A DNA stretch of 64,000 nt, taken from assembly GCA_051294375.1 (NCBI GenBank), contig CM119270.1, positions 1,526,753 to 1,590,752 of the forward strand, read 5' to 3'. Below, in pieces: positions 32,410 through 46,199 of this stretch (position 1 is its first letter; every line of letters begins with the position of its first letter). The notes under the pieces were generated by a model, which ran no database searches, was not told the DNA's origin, and worked only from the letters and a program-made list of their open reading frames with translations. The stretch is from Paraspadella gotoi (Eukaryota; Animalia; Chaetognatha). A program made the position numbers and the translations under genes.

Positions 32410-35322
32410 ACGGAATCCGTGACAAGAACAAGTAAGGGTGATCATCTCGGGGTCATGTGACGACAGGAAAGAGATTCCGGCCCAAGTGAAGCCAAACTGA
32501 GACATCAACGGGTTCGCATCCCTTCCGTGCAGATTCGCAGAGGCTCCTTTGGTCAAGTACTGTCATCCTTCAGAATCACCTCCGCCCGGGGGCGCTGCTA
32601 GGGGCGGCCCCGCGGGTGGCCCCGCGGGGGCAGGCCCCGGGGGCAAGCAAATTCCTTACTGCTGAGGGCGCCCTGTAGCTCTCTGTTTTTGGGGCCCAAG
32701 GGGCCACTCCAGGGGAATCCCCAGGGGCTAGAAAACCTTTCCCCGTGGGGGCCACCCCCAGGGGGTGAATTTGCCGGCCCCCCTGAGAACGGCTTCTCTC
32801 TCCCTTCCTTTTCTCTCCCGTCTCTCTCTCTCTCTTTCTCTTTTCTCTTTTTTCTTTCATCTTTTATTAAAATAAATCTATAAAAATAAAATAATATCTT
32901 TCTACTTCAATTAATCAATCACTGAACCAATAGCTGCTGCAATACCAATATGCATAATCTTGGGTCAACTCCTGGCATTTTAACTTTAGCTCAAATGACA
33001 TCTATTTGGTCAACTGAGACATTATTTGGACAACTGCTATAATTTGGTCAACTTTTTTAAAATTTGGTAAACTTTCATAATTTGGTAACTTTATAATTTG
33101 GTAACTTTCATAACTTTGTGTCAACTTTAACAATTTGAGCAACTGCCATATTTGGTAATTTTATGTTAATAATTTAGTCAACTGCGAATTCGTTAACCTT
33201 ATAATTTCGTTAACAACTTTTCATATTTTGTCAACTGACATAATTTGCGTCAAACTGATATATAATTGATCAACTTTAAGAATTTGGTAAGCTTTTATAA
33301 TTTGGTAAACTTTCCATAATTTTGGTCAACTGTCAAATTTGGTCAACTTGTATAATTTTGTCAACTTGCACTAATTTGGTCAACTTGGATAATTTGGTCA
33401 ACAATCAACTTAAACAATTAGCAATTATTAATTTCATCGTAAGAAATAGAAAGAGAGAAAGAGTGGAGAAAATTTTTTTAATAAAATTCAAGTAAATGTG
33501 ACTTTTGTTTTTTCTATAAAAACTTACTTTCACTTGTATACTTTTCTACCCAAGCAAACAAATTTTATTTTAAATTCATGCTAATGAAATTTTTAAAATA
33601 GTAGAATAAATAGTAGGATGGTTTAATTTTTTTAATTCACTTATAAAAAATTAATTAATTAATTATTAAATTTCAGTCTTTAGGTCCGTCCCACATTAGC
33701 ATTAAACTCAAATTATTCGTGATTAGATATATGGATTTAGAATAAATCTTGTGTGTGGGTAGAAAAGTGTGTGATTGAGCCTAGATTAAAGTTTTGCTCA
33801 CTTTCTCTCTCAAACATCAGCCTTTCCTCAACAACGTGAGTTCATCTGAGACAATCTACAAACTAAACAATTATTAATTAAAATCTTAAATGAAAAAAAA
33901 TTATTTTCACGTTTAACATAATTTGAGAAAAAAAATGTTATATTTTTTTTTAGTACATAAAACAAGTCCTTGAAAGATAGAGAGAGAGAAAGATAGAGAA
34001 AGAGAAAGAAAAAAGAAACGAGAGAAAAGAAAAAGATAAAAAAAATGAAGAGAGAGAGAAAGAGAAAGAGAGAGAGAGTGGTGAGAGAAAGGAGAGAAAG
34101 AGAGAGTAACAGACCAGGGGAGAGATATTCTCAAGATACAATAACATTGTCAGTATTTTTCTTATCTAAACTTTGGCTCTCTCCTTACTCGCCCCTGGGG
34201 GAGCACTTTTTTTGCTCCCCAAGGGTTACCCCCCAGGGGCAGACTTTTTTTTGGCCCGAGGGGGCCGCCCGCAGGGGGGTTCCCCCTGGGCAAACATTTT
34301 TGGGTCTATTAGGGGCAGCCCCTCAAATGACCATTTGCTGCTCCCCCTGGAATAGTTCCTGCCCCCTGGGGCCGCCCTAGAAGCCGCCCCGCGGGGCGGA
34401 GGATTTGAGATGACATATCTCCCTTTGGTTGGGGAAAAAGAGGGGAGGATGAGGGGGGGCGGTGAGGGGGGGGTAGAATCGTTTTGAGAAATCGTTGTTG
34501 TTTGTTGATTTTATCAAAGCGTGATTAAGAATCTAGTAATAGAAACTCTTGATAACTTAACTGCTTGAATAATTTTTTTTAAAAATATGATTATTTAAAT
34601 TGATAAAAATACGATGAATGAAGAAGTTAATTTCCACATTTTTAAAATAATGTATGAATCAAGGGAACTTCGTCGAAAAAACGATTTTCACCGTCTGTAT
34701 CGATTCGCCGATTGATACAACAACAACAACAACAACCACATACAACGACGACGAGCGACAACGCGAACAACAACGATGAAACAACAAATTGGTTCAATTA
34801 ATAACCATTGACCACAACAAAAATATCTGTAACAAATCGTTACTGTTATACGTATTACCAAATCAGATTGGCTACATCAATCTCATTTGCATATAGCAGT
34901 AGTTCTTTTTTCAATATTGAGCCAATTTATTCAATAAAATATAAATCATAGCATCAGCCCAGCCCCGATAAAACAATACTAAAAAGTAACAACAATCCAA
35001 AACGACGTCAACAAACACAACGACGACAACCACCAACCATAACCACCAACCACCAACCACATTTCCCAGGACTCAACCTGCAAGGCAAAATCCTCTCTCT
35101 CTTTTCACTCCAACACGGCGGGGCGTACAAGAGGCAGAGCAAAGGCTTCAGCGCCGCCGAACAGTCGACGCTGACGAGCGGTTGGAAGGAAGACCATTCG
35201 AGATTCGCTGAAGACTGAGAAACGTGATTGAAGAAGTTCGGAACTCTGGTGGAATTGTAGCCGAGAGTTTGGCAGCCTGGTATGGTTAAGGGTTCGCAGC
35301 GGGAGCTGGGTTTGGGGGAGGG

Positions 35323-35376
<54 letters not shown>

Positions 35377-35861
35377 AAATTGAGACGATTTAATCAATAT
35401 GACATTTTATAAAATTATTAAAACGAATGTATAAATCATTTATAATGCATAGAAGCTATCTTTTCCCTAAATTTGGAATATGGAGAGGCTATGGTAAGTT
35501 TAGTCCTCCATCCCTCTTATATGATGATAACAAAGTATGCTTTAATTCTCAGTCTTTATTATAAACTCTTAATTTATAAACTCCCAACGAACCCGGCTTT
35601 CCAATCAATGAAGTTGTGGTTTGGTTGATATTTTCATGTACCGTTTAAATAGCATAAAAGGACCGCTCTCTTACTATATTCATGATAATATTCAGAGAGT
35701 TAACCCGCATTAAATTTTAACTCTACGACCTTATTTTTGAAAACCTTACTTTACACTTACCTCTCCGCGGAACAAAATTGAAAAAAGGCAGTAAAAACAA
35801 AGATATTCATCAATTTTCCCTTCGAAGACGAAAACGACGCAACAAATAATTTCAAAGACAT
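32410..35861 (-). CDS. Secreted Frizzled cysteine-rich-domain-only protein, paralog 2
   Basis: Exons 35861-35761 (MSLKLF...MNIFVFTAFFQFCSAES, signal-like), 35305-35078 (RCEPLTIPGCQTLGYNSTRVPNFFNH...DCSAALKPLLCLLYAPPC...ILPCR) and 32546-~32410 ([37 protein letters not shown], read through several 1-nt indels). Same intron phases as paralog 1. Confidence 0.8.
32554..34421. mobile_element. Non-autonomous DNA transposon (~1.87 kb) with 8-bp TSD (hAT- or P-like)
   Basis: CCTTTGGT at 32546-32553 and 34422-34429. Imperfect TIRs TGTCATC..CAGAATCACCTCCGCCC..CTAGGGGCGGCCCC versus GGGGCCGCCCTAG..GGGCGGAGGATTTGAGATGACA. GC-rich subterminal CCCCnnGGGG palindromes. No ORF. Confidence 0.8.
32955..33405 (+). 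repeat. ~20-22 bp tandem repeat (taatttggtcaact..) inside the TIR element
   Basis: About 20 degenerate copies of AATTTGGTCAACT. Confidence 0.85.
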
Positions 35862-36704
35862 TTTTAAATTTTTTTAATCCTAGAATTTCGAAAATGAAAT
35901 CGACGAACAGTTGAGTCTCTTCGCTAATTCTATTTGTTTAATGAGATGAGTTCAATTAACTACTTAACGCGAAATAAAAACGGGGAAAAACAAAATTTTT
36001 CTTACGCATTGGCAAAGTTATCCTATTTGTTCACACGGCCGAATAACATTCCTTCAAGATTTAATGATATATCATAGAAAATATGGGCATTGCAGAAAAG
36101 GAAAAAAAGTTTTGAAAACAAATGAGCTTGACTTTTATGTAGACAAAAATATTAAAAATATATTTCGCACTGACTCAAGTTATATTTTTATCTCTCTCTA
36201 CTAGATTTACATATATATATATATCTCTCTCTCTTAACGCATACTTCTTTTTAAAAAAAATACCTTAAAAGTAAATAAACAAGTTTGAGCAAACAATGTC
36301 GGATCTGCCTACGATAATTAAGCGGTAATAAGCTAATACGTGTGATCTTAACAGATGATAACAAATCGTAACATAACAAATCTTAATTACGGTAGCAAGA
36401 ATTTCAGTCCTATAAAAATAAAATTCAATGTTTTTAATAAAACATTCATTTAAAATTTTAGCTAACGATAACAAAATCAACCTTAATAGTTGGCGATATG
36501 ACTAAAACCACCTCAAATGCGATACCTGAATTTGTAAATGAAATAAATCGCGATGACTGGCGTCGTCGTCTTCTTAATGTCGGCCAAAAGGTGACGACTT
36601 TGCGCGAGGGACTTCCAGTTTTTTTAAGATCGACTCTCTCTCTCTCTCTCCTCTATCTCTTCTCTCTCTGCTCTTTGTAAGATCGACCTCTCTCTCTCTC
36701 TCCG

Positions 36705-36736
<32 letters not shown>

Positions 36737-36737
36737 G

Positions 36738-36769
<32 letters not shown>

Positions 36770-37029
36770 CTCTCCTCGTAAGATCGACCCTATCCTCCTC
36801 TCTCTCCCTCTCTCTCTCCTCTCTCTCTCCTCCTCTCTCTCTCTCTCTCTCTCTTAACTCATAACATAATTACTGTCTCTTCATTGTGAGCCGAATCCGA
36901 ACACAACAGCAACAAAACAACACTTTCAGGCGACATGCCTCAACCTGGCGATGCTCTTTCCGCCCACAAACATCAGGCGACATGCTCTACTTGGTGACGA
37001 ACTTTCCACCAACACACAATTCACTGAAG

Positions 37030-37133
37030 AGACGCGACGTCGGCCAAACCGTTTAACATTGTCGGTTAGAAAGTTAACTACTTCGCGTGAGGGACTTCGG
37101 GTTTTTGTCGGTTTCTGTCGGTTCGACCGCGTT

Positions 37134-37176
<43 letters not shown>

Positions 37177-37180
37177 TCTC

Positions 37181-37229
<49 letters not shown>

Positions 37230-37311
37230 ACGTTTTCGTGACGAGGCCGCTCTCGCTCTCTGTGTGTGGAAAGACGAAAAAAAAAAATCAATATCGTTCT
37301 CCGCCTCCGAC

Positions 37312-37396
<85 letters not shown>

Positions 37397-37667
37397 CTCC
37401 GTCGACCGTTCGCTTGTTTTTCTCTTTATCGCTTTTTTCTTTCTCATTTTATCGAATTCTTTATTATTGTTTATTGTTTAATATTGTTTTATTTATATTA
37501 TTTACTTCGCGAAGCATAAGCCAACGTTCAAATTCTCAGACTTTAACTTTAAACTTTTTTGTTTTAGTTACAACTTTATTTTTGTTGTTTAAAAACAACG
37601 GTAAAATTGAAAAAAAAAATAAATCACTTAATAATTTTTCGGCTCTGATGAGAGCCTTCTTCAGCGC

Positions 37668-37765
<98 letters not shown>

Positions 37766-37810
37766 AAATTTGTTGCATTAAAAGTGAAAACACCCTGTCA
37801 TTTGTTTTAT
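37030..37810 (+). repeat. ~750-bp repeat R, three copies (37030-37810, 40995-41720, 47030-47750)
   Basis: Shared cgcgacgtcggccaaa.cgtttaacattgtcggttagaaagtt... through ...ttgcattaaaagtgaaaa..cctgtcattt. A partial related sequence occurs near 36560-36625. Confidence 0.85.
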
Positions 37811-38121
37811 AATTCCATTTTTTAAAAAATCAAAATTTATTTAAATCTTTATCATCAGCATTTTTTAAAATTCTTGTTATATATTTTTTTTATTTTTTCC
37901 TGGAATGTTTCTTTACTTTTTCATTTACATCATCATTATCATCATAGTTTTTTAAAATCATCATCATCATCGTCATAATCATCATCATCATCATCACCGT
38001 CTCCCAAAACGATGCAATCATTTTTCTTTTTCCTCCGCCTTTTTTCTCTCTCGTTTCTCTCGAATTTTAAGTTTATTCGTTAACTAAGGAGCACTCAATA
38101 AATATCCACAACTATTTTGAT

Positions 38122-38338
38122 TGTTATGGCGGCTTAAAATTCACAAACCGCTCATCAGACTGCCGTTGGCTGCAGGATGGTTCGAACCTCAAAGGTCGCG
38201 GGGTCTAGCCCGAAGTGGTCGCCTAGCATTAAAGGGACAAACCGCCTGTAACACGTTGTTACAGCTGATCGAGCTCAGGGCTGCTTTTATTGAACGGTTC
38301 TGACACTAACTCATAACAATATTACTGTTTTTCAGTGT
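38122..38338. mobile_element. Possible solo LTR or short TIR element (TGTTATG...CATAACA, ~215 bp); copy at 44126-44320
   Basis: GC-richer island with 7-bp inverted termini TG..CA and AATAAAAG on the minus strand. No clean TSD. Confidence 0.35.
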
Positions 38339-40099
38339 CACAAAACTGAAAAGTAATTATATTATAATTTGAATTTAACTGTCGGGTTTTCTGTTTATCA
38401 TAGTCTCAAGCAAAGAATTTGAGCGAAAAAGATTGATAAACAAATTGCTACTAAAAAAGATTGATACTAAAAAATATTGATAAACAAATTTGCTTCTACT
38501 CGAAAAACAATGATTTGAAGGATTTTAAAAAAGGAATTTGAAACAAAAAACAAGGTTGATGTAAAATATTGAAAAACAATTTTGTTTTCAAATAATTAAA
38601 ATCAGCAAAACAAAATTTATATACTATTATTTATTTTTGTTATGGCTCTTAGACTAAATGTGTTTTTCTCCCAACGTCTTGATCAAAAATGATACGTAAA
38701 AATATGCTAGCAGCAACTCTGAAGTTGTCATTTAATATATGAGTAGTTTATTTCCTATCAAAATTTTACCCATCAACACAATAATTAGTCTACTTTCCCA
38801 AACAGAAATTAACAAAATATGAGATATTTAAATTATGTACATTTGTTTCCGTTGACAATAATCTCTTTATAAATAGTTCATGACTGATTTAAAAATCGTG
38901 TAAATGTCAGCGTAACCAAAAAATTCTCTCAATATAATCATTGCTACTTACATTGTGGCATTAAATCTTTATGTATATATGTTAGGAATGTTCATGTTCA
39001 TTTTCTGTTTAAAATATTTGTGTTTATATTCTTGGATCTATTATTATTATTATATTATTGTTAATATCTTCATTCATACAAGATATTTAAAAATATAAAA
39101 AACCAAAGAACAATTAATTATTAGGCTTTTTCTAGAACGCCCATTTTGTCTTAAATTCGGAGGTTAGGATTAAAGATGAATTATGAATTAATATAATATA
39201 TTAATATTGTCATTTAGGTTTAAGAATTTGGTAAGGACAAGGATTTAGGGTTGAGGTTAAGAATGGTTAGGATTATGATTAAGGTGTTATTACAAGTTAC
39301 CAATAAATATCAATCAATGTCAATGATGAACAGACGTGATGAAAAGGTTTAAATAAAAATATTTTTTATGATTTTGTAATAGAATTTATATGTAATTATG
39401 GTAAACAATTTAATTGTTTTAAAGATTTAAAAATCAGGGCAAAAGTGCCAAAATATAAGATGGGATTTTGTAAACTAATTCCTTTTTCTGACCAAAAGTA
39501 GGGGCATAAATGACAGAACACTAGATTACTATTATTTATTTTTTTAGAATAAAAGGAGTGCCAAATTTTGGTAAATTAATTTTTTTACTTAGAACCGAAA
39601 AGTTGCGGAAAAATTGACGAAACACGAGGTATAATTTTGTTTTTTTCTTAGAATCAAAAAAATTACTAAGCGCAGAAAAAATTAGATGAGATTTCGGTAA
39701 ATTCTTTTTTTTTAGAATTAAAACGGAAAGGTTAAAATTAGTTCGAAAAGTTCCTTCTTCTCTGATCGTGATATTTTGGTTTCTAGTGTAAAATTAAAAG
39801 GAACGATAAAAACTTAATTTTTTGTTCTCACGATTTGATACTTTAAAAACAATGATAATAGTAAGATTAAAAAAAAAGTCGATGTTTTAACATTGTAAAG
39901 ATTATATATAATATATATATACTTACTTTAAGCAGATCTGAATAAAAGATCGCTTGGGATATTATATTAAGAGTTGTATAAATACTGTTTGTGTTATTCA
40001 AATTTTATACTTCTTCTTCAGTCGGCAAACACGCGGATAAATGTTTCTCTCTTGACAGATTTATTATTGAGTAGATTAAACAGAAAAAGGAAGTAAAAT

Positions 40100-40722
40100 A
40101 TTTTGAGTTCAATACAGCAGTGTATACTAAAAACAACGAAGAAGTTTAGTAATATCAGATTTTGCAAGTTCAGTTTTTACGAAATATTGAAATTGCTAAG
40201 TCGTTATCATGTATCACTATGCGAAATTAATAATTAGACTGGTAGGATTGAAGATAGTACATAGGATGACGAATATAACGTTAGAATGTCACTTGGACTT
40301 TTATCACAATAGATCGTAAGGACCTGTAAGAATTTAAGATGAACCATGGTGTTATACAATGTCGACGCCTGCCCAGTTAGATTACATTTCCTTTTATTCA
40401 TCCCGTCTCGTCAGGCTACACCGGCGAGGCCAATTGCCTCCCCGAGTGCATTTCTTCTACTTATTTTCGTGGCAAGAGGGATGTGCTTACGCGAGGCTGT
40501 ATATTGAATTCTGATGCCCCCGTCTGATCATGGTTGACTACAGGAGATGGAATGCGGGAAGCGTTGGAATACTTATCAGCCGAACGAAGCCCAAGAATAT
40601 AAATCAATGTATGATTACTTTTTTGTTATGTCAGAAGTCTGTGGTTACAACAATGAGAGAAAATGTCGCTTGTAGGATGTTCATGCACTGATAAATACTG
40701 GTGGTTTCCTGTGTAAAATTTA
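40100..40722 (+). pseudogene. Noisier duplicate of the C-type-lectin-like exon
   Basis: Collinear with 46200-46773 but with many indels. Confidence 0.5.
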
Positions 40723-41091
40723 ACCGAGTCAGAATTTTGTTTTCAAATTAAATCTCATATTATAAAAAAAGAAAAGATAAAATATAAAAAGAAAAGAAAT
40801 CAATTGAGCAAGATTTTATATTTATCATGCGAATAAATTAAACACATAGTTAATTCATTTAACGTTTTTCTAGACCGGAAGCGCCTCTGCATGATACTCG
40901 GCTACAGTAAATCAATTCGCTAAAAATATTTTCATGTACATAAATCTACTTCATGTATAGCAAATAGACCTCTAATCCACAGAACAGCAACTACCTCGCG
41001 ACGTCGGCCAAAGCGTTTAACATTGTCGGGTTAGAAAGTTAACTACTTCGCGTGAGGGATCGGGTTTTTGTCGTTTCTGTCGGTTCCAGCG

Positions 41092-41137
<46 letters not shown>

Positions 41138-41571
41138 ACTCTACACGTTTCCGTACGAGAGGCCGCTCTCGCTCTCTGTGTGTGGAAAGACGAAAAAAAA
41201 AAATCAATATCGTTCTCCGCTCCGACGTCTCTCTCTCCTCTCTCTCCTCTCTCTCTCTTTCTCTCTCTCTCTCTCTTCTCCGTCGACCGTTCGCTCTTTT
41301 TCTCTTTATCGCTTTTTTCTTTCTCATTTATCGAATTCTTTTATTATTGTTTATGTTTAATATTGTTTATTATATTATTTACTTCGCGAGGCATAAGCAA
41401 CGTTAAAATTCTCAGACTTCATCTTTAAACTTTTTGTTTTAGTTACAACTTTTTTTTGTTGTTTTAAAACAACGGTAAATGAAACAAAATAAGATATGTT
41501 TCGTTATGATGAAGGCTTCTTCAGCGCGAAAAATTGTTTTGTGAAAATAGTTTTTCACAGAAGTTTGAACT

Positions 41572-41668
<97 letters not shown>

Positions 41669-41799
41669 TTTTAAAATTTGTTGCATTAAAAGTGAAAAGC
41701 CTGTCATTTTGTTTATAAATGGAAATTTTACTACGCCTTACTGTGCATTGTCCCCGAATTCAAATCATTTAACATTTTTATATTCTATATTTTACCCAG

Positions 41800-42663
41800 G
41801 TTTACTACGTCCATCCCGGCGGCAATTGTGGCGGTAGCATATCGACAATAGGCATGTGCTAACATCGGCGTCCTGGCATCCCGGATGAGGAGACAAAGGA
41901 AATGTTTATGTGGTATCATCTGTCGAATGTATAGAAGAGGATGAATGCACAAGACAAACTGTCGCTGTAGAAAGTACAATCGTGCACCCTAGTTTTGACA
42001 ACGAAACAAGAAAAACGAGGGTCGCAATATTAAAGCTGAATTCTTCGCTAAGATTCAACAATTATGTGAATCCGATTTGCCTGCCGACCGACGAAGCAGA
42101 AACTTATATAGATGCCACTGCTTATGTTTCGGGATTTGGTGAGACATCTGTTGGAGATATATTGGAGTTACGATACGCGGAAATGAGCGTCATTTCGGAT
42201 GAGGTAAAAATATGTGTAACAAAAACGATTATTATGTCATGAGTGTGTAGATGGCGTCGGATGAACTCACTATCTAATCTTGGGTTCAAACCCACTCGTG
42301 TTTTGATTGCAGGTTTGCAGAATTGGAAATGAAAGAAACATTCTTTGTGCTGGAACGTTTTCATTTATAGGCTTATATTTTGGAGGAGAAGCAGGAGGGC
42401 CTTTGGTTGTGCAAGACCGTGAAACAAATATTTCTACATTGGTCGGAGTCGTCAGATTGGAAGGAAAAAGTCTACAGGGATACCCAATCAGTTTCTATTC
42501 CAGAGTAACATCGTTTGAAAGTTGGATCAAGAATATTTTGAATAAAACCTTCCGAGAACAAACAAACAAACAACCTTCCGAGAACAAAGCAACTAGTAAA
42601 GAAGCGTTAAACACTGCTATTATGATAATGTTAATAGCAATAAATATTATCACACTTTGCTAA
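41800..42663 (+). CDS. Trypsin-fold serine protease homolog (non-catalytic) with a hydrophobic C-terminus; 5' exon(s) missing
   Basis: Exons 41800-42203 and 42313-42663, GT..AG, phase 0. NCGGSI.DNRHVLTSAS(C), IVHPSFDNETRKTRVAILKL..FNNYVNPICLP, VSGFG, LCAG, GEAGGPLVV, LVGVV, YSRVTSFESWI. A few indels occur in the first 110 nt. Confidence 0.85.
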
Positions 42664-45600
42664 ATATTCCAGACAATAACAACGAAAATTTTTTTTTGTA
42701 AACATTCACACTACAGCGCTTTTTTGTTTTATCCACAAAAAAATTTGTATATTACTTACTATATATTTAATAGATATTAGGTCTAAACAAAATCAAACTC
42801 ACTGTGTGATAATATATTTTTTAACGCCTAGGGTTAACCTAAGGGGTGAACTTAGACAAAAATGTTTTTCTTAAATAGGTAATAGACAATTTTTTGGTTT
42901 ACAGAGTAAATTAACTGAATAAAATTTCTAATTGAGGAAAGTGGCTTTAAAACAAATATATAACTGACAAACTTATGATCCAACTTGCTAAGATTAAAAA
43001 AAGAAATATTATCTTTAATAATTTTATACCAAATGATATTAAATTAAATATAGAATTTAAAAAAATAATAAAATAGGATATTTTCTGGGACTAATTTTTA
43101 AAGAAAATTTTTAACAAATTTAAAACTTGACTTAACATTGACATTCGATCAGTTTTAGCCCGAATATTTTTTAGAATATTTTTAATGAAAGATGAACTAA
43201 TCTTGTTAAAAAAAAATAGTAGCTAAAAATATTTATTCAGCTTTGACATTCATAAAAGATTCAAAAAATTTCCTTGTTTTTTCTCATTTTTTTCTTTCAT
43301 TTTCTTATCATTTTCATAACATCTGTGATCGAGGGTTTAATCTTGTCAAATCTTGTCAGAATATGTAGATTGCAAATATCTTTAAATGTATGCATTCTCA
43401 TCATTATTATTACCAATTTCTCTATTGTCTGTTAATTTTTCATTTATCAATAAGTTAATTTACATTTCACTTGATGATTTTATTGTTTCTGGGTCTGGTA
43501 ATAGTTTACACGCTTTGCTACTGCTGATAATCATATTTTATGCTCTCTGGAAAAAGTATTTTTGGGTTTAAAATACAGTAATAACAAATTGTAAATAGAT
43601 AATTGATAATGAAATTAAAATAATAAAAGAAAATATGTTGTTTTATTTATCTTGAAATAAAAATAGAAGGAAAATATCTTGATTCAAAAATTGCCTATCC
43701 TAATTAAAAAAAAAAATTTACCTTGGCAATTTGAGTAATACATTGCTCAGTTTATCAGGCAAAATATTACCTCAGCTCACGGTCACGTTGCCAAGATAAA
43801 GGGGTGACGGGGAAGTAAAGGGTAAATGGGTAAATGGGTGAATGGGTGAGTTTGGGACGTCGCTGAGATTTGTTACATTTATTTTTATGTATGTAGATAC
43901 TGATACTTTGAATGACTTGAGCAACATGATTAAAAGGTCCGGATGATATTGAAGTACATCACTACAATATACCATGTACATTAAAAGAAGAAAGGTAAAA
44001 CCTTTTTATGGCATAATATATCCTTTTTGGTAATACTTCGGTGATAAATAAAATATTTAAATAAGAATTTTAAGTTAATTCGTTAACTAAGGGCCACTCA
44101 ATAAATATCCACAACGTATTTTGCATGTTATGGCGGACTTAAAATTCACCAACCGCTCATCAGCTGCCCCTTGGCTGCAGGAGGCAACCCAAAGGTCCGG
44201 GGTTAGACCGGTGGTCGCCTAGCAGTTAAGAGGGACAAACCGCCTGTAACACGTTGTTACAGCCTGATCCGAAGCTCAGGGGCTGCTTTTATTGAACGGT
44301 TCTGACACTAACTCATAACAATAATTACTGTCTTTTCAGTGTCACAAAAACTGAAAAAGTAATTATATTTATAATTTGAATTTAACTGTCGGGTTTCTGT
44401 TTATCATAGTCTCAAGCAAAGAATTTGAGCGAAAAAGATTGATAAACAAATTTGCTACTAAAAAAAGATTGATACTAAAAAATATTGATAAACAAATTTG
44501 CTTCTACTCGAAAAACAATGATTGAAGGATTTAAAAAAAGGAATTTGAAACAAAAAACAAGGTTGATGTAAAATATTGAAAAACAAATTTTGTTTTCAAA
44601 TAATTAAAATCAGCAAAACAAAATTTATATACGTATTATTTATTTTTGTTATGGCTCTTAGACTAAATGTGTTTTCTCCCAACGTCTTGATCAAAAATGA
44701 TACGTAAAAATATGCTAGCAGCAACTCTGAAGGTTGTCATTTAATATATGAGTAGTTTATTTCCTATCAAAAATTTTACCCATCAACACAATTAAATTAA
44801 GTCTAACCTTTCCCAAACAGAAAATTAAAGCAAAGAATATGAGAATATTTCAAAGTTATTGTACATTGTTTTCCGTTGACAATAATCTCTTTATAAATAG
44901 TTCATGACTGATTTAAAAAATCGTGTAAATGTCAGCGTAACCAAAAAATTCTCTCAATATAATCATTGCTACTGTACATTGTGGCATATAAATCTTTATG
45001 TATATATGTTAGGAATGTTCATGTTCATTTTCTGTTTAAAATATTTTGTAGTTTGATATTCTTGAATCCTATTATTATTATTATATTTGTTAATATCTTC
45101 ATTCATAACAGATATTTAAACAAATATAAAAAACCCAAAGAACAATTAATTATTAGGCCTTTTTTCCTAGAACGCCCCATTTTGTCTTAAATTCGGAGGT
45201 TAGGATTAAAGATGATATTATGAATTAATATTAATATAATTAATATTAGTCATTAGGGTTAAGAATTTGGGTAAGGAACAAGGATTTAGGGTTGAGGTTT
45301 AAGAATAGGTTAGGGATTATGGATTAAGGTGTTATTACCAAAGTTACCAATCAAAATGGCAATCAATGTCAATGATGAACAGACGTGATGAAAAGGTTTA
45401 AATAAAAATATTTTTTTATGATTTTGTAATAGAATTTATATGTAATTATGGTAAACAATTTAATTGTTTTAAAGATTTAAAAATCAGGGGCCAAAAGTGC
45501 CAAAATATAAGATGGGATTTTGGTAAACTAATTCCTTTTTCTGACCAAAAAGTAGGGGCAATAAATGACAGAAACACTAGATACTATTATTTTATTTTTT

Positions 45601-46199
45601 TAGAATAAAAAAGGAGTGCCAAATTTTGGTAAATTAATTTCTTTTACTTAGAACCGAAAAGTTGCGGAAAAAATTGACAGAAACACGAGGTATAATTTTG
45701 TTGTTTTTCTTAGAATCAAAAAAAATTACTAAGCGCAGAAAAAATTAGATGAGATTTCGGTAAATTCCTTTTTCTTAGAATTAAAACGGAAAGGTTAAAA
45801 TTAGGTCGAACAAGTTCCTTCTTCTCTGATCGTGATATTTTGGTTTCTAGTGTAAAAAATTAAAAGGAACCGATAAAAAACTTAATTTTTTGATCTCACG
45901 ATTTTGATTACTTTAAAAACAATGATAATACGTAAGATTAAAAAAAAAGTCGATGTTTTAACATTGTAAAGATTATATATAATTATATATACTTACTTTA
46001 AGCAGATCTGATAAAAGATCGGCTTGGGATATTATGATATATAGAGTTGTATAAATACTGTTTGTTGGTTGATTCAAATTTTATACTTCCTTCTTCAGTC
46101 GGCAAACCACGCGCGATAAATGTTTCTCTCTTGACAGATTTATTATTGAGTAGATTAAACCAGAAAAAGGAAGTAAAAATATTTTGAGTTTCAATACAG

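Larger units (their letters stand above)
38060..40995 (+). repeat. ~2.95-kb unit U, duplicated at ~44065-47030
   Basis: Collinear over its whole length, including the lectin-like exon. Confidence 0.9.

Noticed and set aside
32955-33405. Regular ~21-bp array as CRISPR or iterons
   Set aside because: There are no unique spacers; it is an internal tandem repeat of the TIR element.
42240-42300. B-box-like GGTTCAAACCC in the protease-homolog intron
   Set aside because: No convincing A box or cloverleaf.
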